From assembly GCA_965113315.1 (NCBI GenBank), contig OZ220369.1: DNA of 64,000 bases; one strand, given 5' to 3'. The stretch is from Podarcis vaucheri (Eukaryota). Below are positions 10,901-22,938 of the stretch, one piece after another. The notes under the pieces were generated by a model, which saw only the letters and a program-made list of their open reading frames with translations, was not told where the DNA came from and did no database searches. Within the stretch, counting starts at the first letter, position 1. Each line of letters starts with the position of its first letter. A program made the translations under genes and the position numbers.

Positions 10901-13900
10901 ACTTGGTTTCTCTGCTGGGCACAGACGAGAGTAACTGACTGCTCTGTTCCTTGCCTGGAATCCCAGACACTCATCTGCACCTATTTGTTTTTTGCGCTCC
11001 ATCCTTATTTTTATTAGGACCACAAACTGTTGCTAGAAACAAAGACCAATGAATAATGAACTGTTGGATTAACTCCTGCTTGCCTTGGGCCTAGGAGATC
11101 ACATAGGTGTGTTTTTTCCTGTCTTGCAGAACGGTCAGGTTCTGGGACTTGGAGAAGTTCCAGGTGGTGAGCTGCATTGAAGAGGAGGCCACTCCTGTCA
11201 GGTACATCAGACTTGGGCAGTGATTTGTGTCAAGAGGCATGAGGGCATGTTCTTGCTTTGTGTGACTTTGCTATGGGGATCCCAGACTCTTAATGCTCTT
11301 TCAGTTCCAAGCTCTGGTTTGGCCAAGCGGCTGAAGCGGGGAATGCATGCAGTTAAAGGCTAGCAGAGATTGTGACCATCTCCTGACATGGAATATCAGT
11401 GGCACACCTTGTTTTGCACCAGTGTCTGGATGACCTGCACATTCACTTTTCCCCTCTCCCCTTCAGGTGTGTGCTGTTTAACCCCGATGGCTGCTGCTTG
11501 TATGCTGGCTGCCATGATACCCTGAGAGTGTATGGCTGGGAGCCTGAGCGCTGTTTTGATGTGGTCTTGGTGAATTGGGGCAAGGTGGCTGATTTGTCTA
11601 TCTGTAACAATCAACTGGTGAGTGACTGAAGGGGCAGGAAGGGACTTGGGTTTCCTGCTCTGTTAATGGGTGCAACAAGTGGATATGCCATAAGTTGTGC
11701 TTCTGACACTGGCAGTAGCATGGCAGGGCCATTCCTAGTGCATACTTGGCCCCTGACTCTTGCAAATGGACCCCGAGTCATCTCCTCCTCATGTCTTCTG
11801 GTAGTTTTCATTTTGAGTTTGCTTCCCGTTCCCTTCACATGGTTGCCAAGGTGGATTCTTATTGACTTCCCAGAGCACTTTGGCTGCAAACCTGATGTAA
11901 AGTTGACTTGCACAGAACATGACTTCTTTTCTGTTCTTCACAGATTGGTGTTTCTTTCACACAAAGCACAGTCTCTTCCTTTGTGGTGGACCTCAGCCGA
12001 GTCACAAAATGTGGGCCTGGCACCCGTGGACTGATTCGGGATGACAAGCCTCTCACTCAGCCCTTGCCTGCAGGCTCTTCCCTTCGACGCATCTACGACA
12101 GGCCAACGACGACATGTAGCAAACCCCAAAGGCAAGGAAGGAAGACTCCTCTTAGAGGGCGGGAGGTGGCAGCCCCTGTATGCCAAAGGATTTAGAGATG
12201 GAAACTGAAAGCAAAGGGATGTTCTCAATGGTTTCTGTGTGCTCCCCTCCATTGGTTCTGGGGGATTTTTCTAAGAAAAACTTGTTTGCCTATTTTTTTG
12301 TGCATGGCTTTAAAAGAGGATTAGCCAAATTCATGAAAAATAAAGCCATCAATGGCTACTAGCCATAGTGGCAATGTTGTTGGTGGCAGAATGCCTCTGA
12401 ATACCTGTTGCTGGGAATCCTAAGAAGGGAGAGGGCTGCTCTTGCTCTCGGGTCCTGCTTGTGGACATCCAGTTGGCCATTTAGGGGAAAATAGGATGCT
12501 GGGCTTCAGATATAGCTGAAGGAGCATCTCCACCTCCATCGTTCAGCCTAGACGCTGAGGTCCTCCTCTGAGGGTCTTCTGGCAGTTCCCTTACTGTGAG
12601 AAGTGAGGTGACAGGGAACCAGGCAGAGGGCCTTCTCGGTGGTGGCATCCACCCTGTGGAATGCCCTCCCATCAAATGTCAAGGAGATAAAGAACTACAC
12701 AACTTTGTGTAGGGGAGGAAGAGAAAGGAGAATGTTAGCCGCTTTGAGACTCCTTCGGGTAGTGATAAAGCAGGATATCAAATCCAAACTCTTCTTCTTT
12801 TAGAAGACACCTGAATGAAAGCAGCTTTGTATTGGCTAGTTTTTAATGTTTGACATTTTTATATGTACTGGAAGCATCCCAGAATGCCTGGGGAAACCCA
12901 GTCAGATGGGTGGGGTATTATTATCATTATTATTATTATTAGCCCCCATTGGCTTCAGGGCTGTTCTGGTATTCTTATATCTGTGGTTTAATGACAGAAT
13001 GAAACACAACTCGGAGAGCGAGAGGCGCAGTCCAAGCAGTGAGGATGACAGGGAAGATAAGGAATCCACAGCAGAGATTCAGAACACAGAAGACTACAAT
13101 GAGATCTTCCAGCCAAAGAATCCCATAAGTGAGTGCTGCTGAAGTAATTTGTGTGATGCCACAAAGCAAACCAAGGTGTCTTGCGCTGTTTTCCCCATTT
13201 TGTAATATTCGATCTTTGTGTGGCAGTTGTGAACAAGCATGTGACTCTCCCACAGTTGTTTTAATTTACCGTTGCCTCCAAAGACTTTCAAGAGGCAATC
13301 TTAGGTTCACAACTTGCTACTGAATATTGTGTTCTGGCATGGTCAGTCATTTAGAGGTAGAGTACTAGCACCTAAGTTTGCAACATGTGTTTGTTAAATA
13401 TTTGCACACCATCCTTTGTACAAATACATCTGAGGGCAGTCCACAGTGAGAATTTACATCTGAATATATAACTAACACTGCCCCCACCAGCAAAAAAGCC
13501 CCACACCAAAACACTGCGATTTGGAGCCATATTTAACTAGCTGAACATAAGTCACATTGAAGTCATTATTAACTTGTCCAATTGATTTCAGTGGAACCTA
13601 AGTACAACTAGCTTAGTCTGAATCCTACCCAATATTCCCAGGATGCAACTTTTAGCACATGGAATGGTTGTTCCTATCTCTTGAAAAGAAATGTGGGAAG
13701 GAGTGAAGAGCCATAACTGTACCCAGGATCTTCTAATTTCTTGTGTAACTTAAATGGAGTGCAAGGTTGGGCGCTTTATTTTTTTGTCTTCTTTAGCTCG
13801 AACTCCACCCAACAAGAGTGAACCTTTTCCTGCACCTCCAGAGGATGGTGAGTTGGAATTTCTTTTTCAAGTATTGAGAAAGAACCAGAGAAGATCTCCA

Positions 13901-16900
13901 TACATCTACTGTATTGCTGGCTTCACATGGACATTTACAATGTCTACTTTGCTGGGGGAAGTTATGAGTTATCTTTTTCTCAAGTCCGGATTCTTCAGCT
14001 TTGCCTCCAAAGGGCAGCGTGTCGGCCCTTGGGGCAAAAGAGCCATGGACTGTCTTGGGTGCGAGTGGCAGGAGCCATAGAGCCCAGGGCCATAGAGCCC
14101 AGGGTCTTTGACTTCTAGGGCAGAGCTCTCGCCTGCTGCCACTATTTGTGCAGTCTTGATAGTAAGAAAACATAGTTTTTCTTCCTTCCAGAGCCCATGG
14201 TTGCCAAAGAAGCCTCAAGGCTCAGTCAAGTGGCAGATATTCCGACTCCATTGCCAAGCCAAGAGAATGTAAGTGCCTTGCATCCATTGATGCCTCTTCC
14301 TGCTTCCCCCCCACCCTGGCTTCAGAAATGATGGTGCCTCTATCCCAGGATTTCCCAGCCTTGGGTCTCCAGCTCTTTTGGGATTACAACTCCCATCGTC
14401 CCTAGCCTGCAGGACCAGTGGTCGGGGATGATGGGAAATGTAGTCCAAAAACAGCTGGAGGCCCAAGTTTGGGAAACCCTGCTCTAGCAGCATGAAAAAG
14501 AGGCAGTGGCCTGTGTTCTAAGCAAGGCAGTCCAGAGGTGTGTTGGACTACAACTCCCATTATTTGTAAAGGAGTTGTAGTCCAAAACATCTGGAGGGCT
14601 CCAGATTGGGAAAGGCTGGGCTCAGTGGAGGAATTTTTAATTACTATCATTTTTTTAAATAAAAAAAATTACACACCACTTAATTGCCAAAACCTCTAAG
14701 TGGTTTTGAAAGGCCTTCCCCTGCAGATCTTGATTCTGGTGGTTGGAATTCCCTGCAAGCTTCTTTCTTACAGCCAAATGTGGAGGTGGGGTGGGGGGCA
14801 AGATGAGACCCAGGGATTTCCTGAGCAGATCCTATCTTGCACCTGATCCTTAACTTCATTTGAAGTGCTCCAGGTGTCTTGGAGCTGACCACTCAGAAGT
14901 TGCCAATAGCCTCTAGTGGGTCTGCTTAGAAAACGAAGGAAGAATGCATCAAGTCCTTTTTTAACATGCCATGGAGGATCAGTGGTGCTCAGTATAGCCA
15001 GGTGGTTGCAAATATAGTATCAAAGCTTACAGCCCAGGTGTGTGTACTCTGTCTCCATCTCCACTTCCCACAGCAGCCTGACCCTATTCAGAGATCGCCA
15101 ATAGCATCCTCGACCCCCAAGACCAAGGTTGAGCCATCCGTGATCCCTGCAGCCAGGAATGAGCCTATTGGGCTGAAGGCCTCTGACTTTTTGCCAGTAA
15201 GTTTCTTCCCTGTAGAAGAGGGATTGGGAACGACAAGTGGCTGTCACCTGGGGAGGGAGGAGAGTCTAGTGATTTGCCTGTCCTGCGCACCCTGCTCTTT
15301 GGCTGCTTCAGAAGTAGAGTGCATTTTTGGTTTTTAAAAGAAACAACAAGCCTAGGCTGGATCTAGGCACATCAAAGGAGCGATTCAGTTATACGTGTTG
15401 TAAACTTCATACAGTAAAGGGAAATCTTGTTGGTGAAAGACAGGATTCCGCAGCGCCATCTGGTGTTACAGTGTTACAATGCATATAAAGTGCTTTATTT
15501 TTATGAATACAGTGGTGCCTCGCATGACGAAAATAATCTGTTCCGCAAGTCTCTTCGTCTAGCGGTTTTTTTGTCTTGCGAAGCAACCCTATTAGCGGAT
15601 TAGCGCTATTAGCGGTTTAGCAGCTATTAGCGGTTTAGCGGCTAAAAGGCTATTAGCGGCTTAGCGGCTTAGAAAAAGGGGGGGAGCGAAAAAAATCGCA
15701 AGACTCGCAAGACGTTTTCATCTTGCGAAGCAAGCCCATAGGGAAATTCGTCTTGCGAAGCGCATCGAAAAACGGAAAACCCTTTCGTCTAGCGGGTTTT
15801 TCGTCTTGCGAGGCATTCGTCTAGCGGGGCACCACTGTATAGCCGAGTCCCTGGTCTTAGGGAGATGCAAGAATGGTGGAAATTGGAGGGCTCTGCAAAG
15901 GAGAGGGAAGAGACACTGTCAGGATGCCTCTGGACAAGCTCCACAGAGCAGTGATTTGTGTAAAGAGTTAACAGGGAGCCTGAATACATGACGCAGAGGT
16001 CCAGTGTTTCTTTGTGACCTTTGCAGAAGCAGACTTTTGAATCTGTTAAATAGCTTCAGGAAAAGGAAATTTAGTCCTCCTAGCTTTGTCATGCCAAGCT
16101 AAGCAGGTTGCATTCTTCTGGAGAGTAGTGCCTGGGATCAGAGAATCACAAGGGTTGTCTGCCACAATAATCTGAGCTGGGAAGGAGGAGAAATTGGCAC
16201 CTTGTGTTGTAAAGTGCTGCAGTTGCAAAGGCCCTCAGGGAAAATGTCAAGTCTTGCTTGCTGTGAGAATCCACCAGTATGCAGTTGAGGAAGCAACCTG
16301 TTTTCATAATCCAGATGCCCCAAACATGAAAATGATTTGCTGCCTTGTTTTTAATTTATTTCACATCATTTATATACTGCTTGATTGTAATAAAATCTCA
16401 AAGTGGTTTACAAAAATAAAACAATCAGATTGTCATTAAAAAATCCAATTAAGTCAGGTATTTAAAATATTCAAAAATTAAAATCAACAAGATAAAACCA
16501 GATTAAAACACATGACAGCTTCTACCTGTCTGGAAAAATGTTTTTAGCACGTGTCAAAAACGGGGACGGTGAAGGTGCCTGCTTTATGTCAATAGGCAGG
16601 GAGTTCCAAAGCGTGGGTGCTGCTGCACTAAAGTAGCAATTTTGTATTGTGGCCCTTGTAACAGTGCCAGTTCCACAGATCAACGTGGTCAAAAGGTCAC
16701 AGATGGGGTAAGGCAATCCCGCAGGTAAACTGGTCCACAAAAGAAGGGATAATGTTTAGATGGAAGGACATCAGAAACTAGCCTTTAGCAAGAGCATGGA
16801 TGGTAGCAGATCCCCTCCCTGGCTAAACACTTTAGATATTTCTCAGCTAGGGTACAAATAATTTAATTGTATGGCTAGTGATTTGGTTGGGTAATAAATA

Positions 16901-19900
16901 GTATGACTGAATCAAGACAAAAAGCAGAGCAGCAGCATTTGATGCTAAATACAAAGCCAGCCATTCTGGGCAAATCAAAGGTAATCTTGTCAAGGAGACG
17001 GTAGAAAAGAATTCACAGCCCAGCATTCCCATTTTCCAATTGTAGTGATAGACCTAGTATGTTCCATTCTTTTAACAGTAATGTTTCTGCCTCTAGTTGT
17101 GTTAAGTAAAACTGTAATAAACTATACAAAAAGTATAGTTTATGTGTTTGTGTGTGTAATACATTACAAATTAGACATCAATGCCAAATTCCCTTTACTT
17201 TCTGTCCTTGCAGACTGTGAACAACCAAAACCTGGCGGAGATTGTGGATGAAGAGGCCATGTCCCAAATCCGGAAGGGACACGAGACCATGTGTGTGGTG
17301 CTTACCAGCCGACACAAGAACTTGGACACCGTGAGGGCCGTGTGGAGCACTGGAGACATCAAGGCAAGTGGCCTTTTTGTTGCCTTTGTTAAGCAGCACA
17401 GTGCCAGGGGCTTTGGGCTTAGCAGGTCCAGATCTCAAACCTCCCACCACTGTCAGCTTGGATACAAAAAGCTTGAAGTTTCATTGTTATCAGCTGACCA
17501 AGAGAGATGCAGATGATGAATGAGCATCCTTTGCTCCAGCTGGGGAGAGGGGCTGCTTTGGGAGCAGGCCCTGTGCCTTTCAAGAAGGCTCCTGTTCTTC
17601 CTGCTGACCTTGGGCAGCCAACACATCCCTTTATTCAGGCCATAATATTTGAAACTCAGGGTGGGGGTGGGGAGTCTGCAGTAGGGAATACATTCCACAA
17701 GTTGGTTATGATGGTGTAATCAGCAGCATCTCACCTTCCCATGCTGGAAGGAGAGGGCTTCCACACAGTCTTGCTCTACCTGACAAGGAGGTAGCCCAGA
17801 ACCATTCTCAGCAGTGGGGTGGGTGGCAGGACTGTGACCTGCAAGGAGACCCCGTAACTCAAGATGTGACACAGATTCAGAATAGGCATTCACATTCTCT
17901 CTTGTGGATGCCATTCCTACTAGAGGAGGCTGCCTGCTTACTCTCCACTCAGAAGGAGCATTTCCATGGCCACATTATCCCTGTCACTTGCATGAGCCTT
18001 GAAGTCCCATGAAGAATTGTGCTAATTTTTGGTGGCCTGTCAAGTGCCTCAGTGGCCTTTAGGGGATGCTCCCTCTCAAGATGTCTGCTGGCTGCCCCCT
18101 GGGGGGCCTTGGTGTGTTCTGGCAGCTTCTCAGCCAGTGCTTGTCTTAGTCTGGAGATGAGCTTTGGGATGAGAAATGGCTCTTACAGCCCCTGAGGCAG
18201 GATCTTTCCTGGGTTGAATTATTCCTGTCTAAGACAGCATCATCATGGCAGGTGACCCTGTTCCCATTTGCTTGACAAAATGTAGCCTGCTGTGTATAAA
18301 GAGACACTTTTGTCCGATGGAAGGGCTGAAACCTGCATGGCTGATCCCCTCTGCCAAAGGCTGTGTATAGATGTAGTTGAAAGCCTTGGAAGACGTTCTG
18401 CTTTACCACCATTTGGCTTGCCTTCATGATGTCTATCTCTAGGAGACTTGCCCTCATCCTGATTTGCCTCTCTTGCCTTTTCTCAGACATCTGTGGACTC
18501 CGCAGTGGCCATCAACGACCTCTCCGTTATGGTGGACCTCCTGAACATCGTCAACCAGAAGGCGTGAGTTCCAGTTTGCTTTCCTGCCTCAAGGGAATGC
18601 TTTCTGCCATGTGGGTCAGGATCCTCTTCTCTTCTTGGGTAACCTACAAGTGCCTCTTCACTTCTTGAGTGGAAGTTGTGGCCAACAGTTACCCACAGGA
18701 TCCCAGGCCTTTTTCTTGGCAGCCCCCATGTCCTGCCCCATGAAAACTTGTGTGGGACTTGGTGGTGCCACCTGGTGCTTACACCTGCTAGCCCTGTACT
18801 GAGCTTGGAGCCATGGCATAACTCAGATCCCTCATGAGGACTCCCTGGGCTGAGAGTCATCCGCTGCCTCATCCTTTGGCTCCTTTCTGCCTTGGGGTGA
18901 GCAAATGAAGCTTCTTTGTCCTGAATGAGGTCCATCTAGCCCGAGACCAGCAGCTGCTCTCTGGCTAAGGTCTCTGGAGTGTTCTGCAGATCAGAGGGGT
19001 TTGCTGTTGCAGGGCAGGGGTTGGGGTATCTCTCTGGAGCCTGTATTCTCTTTCCAGGTCTCTTTGGAAGCTGGATCTGTGCACAGTCATCTTGCCTCAG
19101 ATAGAGAAACTTCTGCAAAGCAAATATGAAAGGTGAGTCTTCTGACAAATGTACGTCCTTGAATAAGAAGAGTGCCTGATCAGTCAAGTGCTTTATTGGC
19201 TAGCTGTAGCGAGCAGCTTTTGAGAGTTTTGTCAACTTGTATTTGATGATGGTCCTGATGAAGTGGCAGTAGCTGCTGCACACCTGTGTGTTAATGTCTT
19301 GTACATTTTTCTTATTCTTGGAGGGAGTGGGGTTTTCTTATTCTTGGAGGGAGTGGGGTTGTGACTTGCCCAAGCATCTCTGCAGGCCTGGAGGTGGGCC
19401 AGCAGGGAAGCAGGCCTGCCAGCTTTGGGCTTATCACAACTTCACTTTGCAGGTGCTGAACAGAAGGGGACCATTGCCCACTTTGCTGTCGACATGGTCC
19501 CAGCGCACTTTTATATTGGGCAGGGTTCCCCCTCTGCCCAAATTTGGTGTCCTGTTTGAAGCTTTAAATCATGAGGGGATGTCACCAGAAGAAATAAGCA
19601 CTGAGAAGGGCCCATCCTAAAGTAGGCTGCCCCACCATCCAACATGAGAAGTTTGCAGTTCAAGCAGGAGTTTCCTAAGACTGTTGGATGTTGAGTTTTT
19701 CCCTCTTTTGCTTTACTAACCACCAAGCTGTGGTTTTCAGGGAGTGATTCCTCTGCCCCAATATTAAAACCACTTCAAAACCTGAGTAGTTGCAGCATCT
19801 ATGTGTACATCACTTTGTGTTGACGCTTATATACAATTGTGTCACCCCCTCCAGGGGTGCGTGTACACACACAAATTCTGCCCCGGTGTTTTGTTTTGTT

Positions 19901-21016
19901 TTTTGGAAGTGATTCAGAAATCCCTGCAGCAGTGTGGTTGCATTTTGACGAAGGAACTGGGTGAGCAGCAGTTCATGTGAATATCAATTGCTTTTAACAG
20001 CAGCCTGCTGGGCAGAAGCAGGCTGCCCAGCAGAAAAGTCTTCCTGCATCCAGATTTACAAGAAAAGAAACTGGAAGGACAACTGATTTTGCTGTGGCTC
20101 TGCCCTTCCTCCTTCACCTGCTTCTCCACTTGCATTTTAGGTTTAGCTGTGAAAACGTTTGTCCTATTCTGATTCTCCTTGTTCTCTTGTCAGTTACGTC
20201 CAGACAGGCTGCACTTCTCTGAAGTTGATCCTGCAGAGGTTTCTGCCCCTGATCACAGACATCCTTGCTGCGCCGCCATCCGTGGGGGTGGACATTAGCA
20301 GAGAAGAGAGGTAGGGTGGCATCCCTGTTGTTTCTGTTCCTATGTTGCAAATCCTATCAGAACCTTCCCCAGTACCAATTTAGCCTCCTTGCACACCTGA
20401 ATCCCACAGCTAGCTCGAACAGTTCCAGTTTGTTACTTTTAGGCTGGAAATATCTGGGCTCCCTCCCACACAACTGCCTCTATCTACTGGGGGGGTGCAG
20501 AAGGGGAAAATCTCATTTGACTTCTGCCAGTAAAGCCTGTATGCCTTGCTGCTGCCTTGCACTGGCTAGCAATCAGCAGGTATGCACTGAAAGCTGGACC
20601 TTTTTAGTTGTGGTGTGGGTTTAATATTCCCATTGGGCCAAACTGATCACATGCCTTCTGTTTTCCAAGAACCCTTTTGTTTGTTTATCTACCATGCTCT
20701 TTACTTTTGTTTAGCTGCTGCTGCTTCAAGAGCATGTTCTGAATTTAACAGTTCGGTATTTTTCTTGTTGTGAAATGCAGAAGAACAGGACATCTAAATA
20801 ATATTAATAAAATATTGGTGGATGTTGATCAGTCATGGTAGCCCCTCCGTTCCTTCATCCCAGTCTCTCTTTCCCATTGACAGGCTTCACAAATGCCGCC
20901 TGTGCTACAAGCAGCTGAAAAACATCAGCAACATCATCAAGAACAAATCTGGACTCAGTGGCCGCCATGGCAGTGCCTTCCGTGAGCTGCACCTCCTGAT
21001 GGCTGTCCTTGAGTGA
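4972..21016 (+). CDS. KATNB1: Katanin p80 WD40-repeat subunit B1; 19 coding exons: 4972-5011, 5409-5539, 7292-7409, 7946-8046, 8449-8490, 9511-9594, 9748-9863, 11130-11201, 11467-11617, 11944-12131, 12998-13128, 13797-13847, 14192-14268, 15074-15196, 17214-17363, 18487-18563, 19058-19132, 20194-20310, 20884-21016; 658 aa
   Basis: Translation [48 protein letters not shown]...WD40 repeats...[44 protein letters not shown] is colinear with vertebrate KATNB1. All exon phases are consistent (1977 nt) and two introns use GC donors. Confidence 0.97.
5856..6099. mobile_element. Tc1/mariner-type MITE, family CAGTGGTACC
   Basis: TA|CAGTGGTACCTTGAGTTAC...GTAACTAGAGGTACCACTG|TA; shares TIRs and internal similarity with the copies at 33063 and 61206. 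Confidence 0.85.
9250..9355. mobile_element. Degenerate hAT-type MITE (palindromic ccagatgttttg...ctggagggc family)
   Basis: caacctggtgccctccagatgttttg ... cagatctggagggcgccaggttgg forms inverted ends and resembles the copies at 14346 and 48012. Confidence 0.55.
12285..12505 (+). mobile_element. CR1 LINE 3' end fragment
   Basis: atggctttaaaagaggattagccaaattcatgaaaaataaagccatcaatggctactagcc is typical of the CR1 ORF2 C-terminus (GFKRGLxKFM...INGY*) and 3' UTR. Confidence 0.6.
12520..12940 (+). mobile_element. L2 LINE 3' fragment interrupted by a SINE 3' fragment (12707-12800)
   Basis: L2-like RAFSVVAxTLWNALP coding motif (agggccttctcggtggtggcatccaccctgtggaatgccctc), ending in (tta)n. The inserted segment matches the reverse complement of the SINE tail at 45761. 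Confidence 0.65.
14346..14618. mobile_element. Two adjacent hAT-type palindromic MITEs (14346-14481; about 14523-14618)
   Basis: CAGG...CCCTG ends and an internal inverted repeat (ggattacaactcccatc...gatgggaaatgtagtcc). Confidence 0.7.
15451..15466 (-). promoter_or_regulatory. Candidate CTCF site
   Basis: The reverse complement ACACCAGATGGCGCTG fits the CTCF core CCASYAGRKGGCRS. Motif match only. Confidence 0.45.
15510..15837. mobile_element. Tc1/mariner-type MITE, family CAGTGGTGCC, with internal tandem (TATTAGCGGNTTAGC) repeats
   Basis: TA|CAGTGGTGCCTCGC...GCGGGGCACCACTG|TA; ends are shared with the copy at 22362. Confidence 0.85.
16350..16740 (-). mobile_element. L2 LINE 3' fragment
   Basis: The minus-strand translation contains [19 protein letters not shown], typical of the L2 ORF2 C-terminus. 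Confidence 0.6.
19307..19358. repeat. 26-bp tandem duplication
   Basis: ttttcttattcttggagggagtgggg occurs twice in tandem. Confidence 0.8.
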
Positions 21017-21593
21017 TGGGGTGGTGCCCTTCATCCATCCACACATACCGCCTGAGGCTCGTCTTCCCTCCATGGCCTCTCACTCCAGCCACTTCGGGTA
21101 GTTTTGTTTGGTGTCCATCTCTCCACAGTTCTCCAGGAGGTAAGGGTTGGGTGCTCCATGTTCAGTGCCTTACAGGCTACATTGCAAACCGGACTGTCCT
21201 GCTGTGGCACAGCCCCCCTGCCTTTCTGTGTACATAGCTGCCTTGGGCGGGGGGCAGCAAATGGGAATGCTGTGTTAGAATCCAACCATGGACAGCATCT
21301 CTAGACCCTGGCAACCAACAGTGCTTGGGACCAACTCCCTAGTGATGAGCCCGGCCCTGCTTCCTTTCCATCCTCACTGTGGTGGGACTTGAGGCAGGAG
21401 TGGGTGGGACTGGACTGTGCAGCTTAGTCTCTTGGGCTGGAGGAGTTGAGCCCCACATTGTTGCCCCCCCCCCTCTTGTTTTGCTCCATGGTGGAAAGGC
21501 TCGATACTGAGGAATGGCCTGCTCTTTCCCCTTCATCTCTTGTTAATACGCTGCAGTCTGCTGTTCATAAACTGATAAGTTATGATGAATTTC

Positions 21594-21599
21594 ATTAAA
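21594..21599 (+). terminator. Probable KATNB1 polyadenylation signal ATTAAA
   Basis: ATTAAA lies about 580 nt after the stop and is followed by T/GT-rich sequence (tttgtaactttattttg...ttttgtgtct). Confidence 0.5.
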
Positions 21600-22361
21600 A
21601 CGTTTGTAACTTTATTTTGAAAAACAGTAGTTTTGTGTCTTTCCCCTTCCGTAGCCCATAATTTTGTTTAGGTTACAGATTCATATTCTAACTCCCACAA
21701 GAGGAAAGTCTTAACAATGCTTTACTTTATATATTATGCCCATTTTTTCTTTAAAATGAAAGTGACCCTTGCCCCCCAAAGTGACCAAGGAAAAAGCAGA
21801 GAGGAAGCGGGTAGCTCCAGCTCTGTTTACCCCAGCAGCCCAGAGAACATACCCAGAGGTTTTTCTCCTGGTTTGTGGAGTCAAGTACAGAGGGGGTGAA
21901 CGCCCTCTGGTGTTGGATGTCTGCTAATGACAAAGTTAAGTCCAATTTGTAGACTAAATCCACCCCAGAGGCAAATTTTATCCACTTGTGTCAAAAGGAA
22001 AATGTTATAGCTATTTCTGAAAGCAGATGGGAGGAAACAGCTTTGTTAAAAATGATTTGAATCTGAATTAAGTTGCATCAGATAGACCACAGATTGACTC
22101 AGAACAGATTGGGCTGATGAACAAAGCAACAGATACATATCCAAATTGAATCTTTTGGCTCGTGAACACCCTTAGTAAATGCCAGTTTACAACTTGCCAT
22201 TTTAGTCTGATCTCCCTACATGCTACTTCCTTTGTGTGTATTGTCTAATTTTATACGCCTGATGGCATGTCTGCATGTCATTTAATTCTATAAAGTGCTC
22301 AGCACTAGCACTGTATTGAATTGTTGAGTGGTGTGAGTTTACATTTGGAGTAAGTTTATTA

Positions 22362-22938
22362 CAGTGGTGCCTCGCAAGACGAAATTAATTCGTTCCACAA
22401 GTTTTTTCTTCTTGCGAAGCACGGTTTCCCATAGGAATGCATTGAAAATCAATTAATGCGTTCCTATGGAAACCGCTTGCCAGGCTGGCGGTGCGGAGAA
22501 GGGCTTTTCTCCCCACCGCAAGCCTTCAGGACAGGTACGGGAACAGAGGGGAAGGGGCGCAGCGCTTCTCCTCTGTTCCCGGGGCTTGCGGTGGGAGGAG
22601 GGTTTTTCCTCCCCACCGCCAACATTCAGAACAGCATTCTGAATGTTGGCGGTGGGAAGGAAAACCCTCCTCCCACCGCAAGTCTTCAGGACAGCCATCC
22701 GAAGGCTGGCGCGGGGAGAAGGGCTTTCCGCCCCACCGCCAGCCTTCGGAGGAGGTCCGAGGACAGTGGGGAAGACGCGCTGCGCTTCCCCGCTGTCCCG
22801 GAGATTTCCCTATGGGCTTTCGTCTTGCGAAGGAAGCCCATAGGGAAATTCGTTTTGCGAAGCGTCTCCAAAACAGAAAACCCTTTCGTCTAGCGGGTTT
22901 TCCGTCTTGCGAGGCATTCGTCTTGTGGGGCACCACTG
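22362..22938. mobile_element. Tc1/mariner-type MITE (CAGTGGTGCC family) with GC-rich nested hairpins
   Basis: TA|CAGTGGTGCCTCGCAAGACG...CGTCTTGTGGGGCACCACTG|TA, with an internal inverted repeat of about 46 bp at 22585-22682. Confidence 0.85.

Noticed and set aside
15590-15670. Short tandem repeats superficially like a CRISPR array
   Set aside because: There are no unique spacers, the context is eukaryotic, and the repeats lie inside a TA-flanked MITE.
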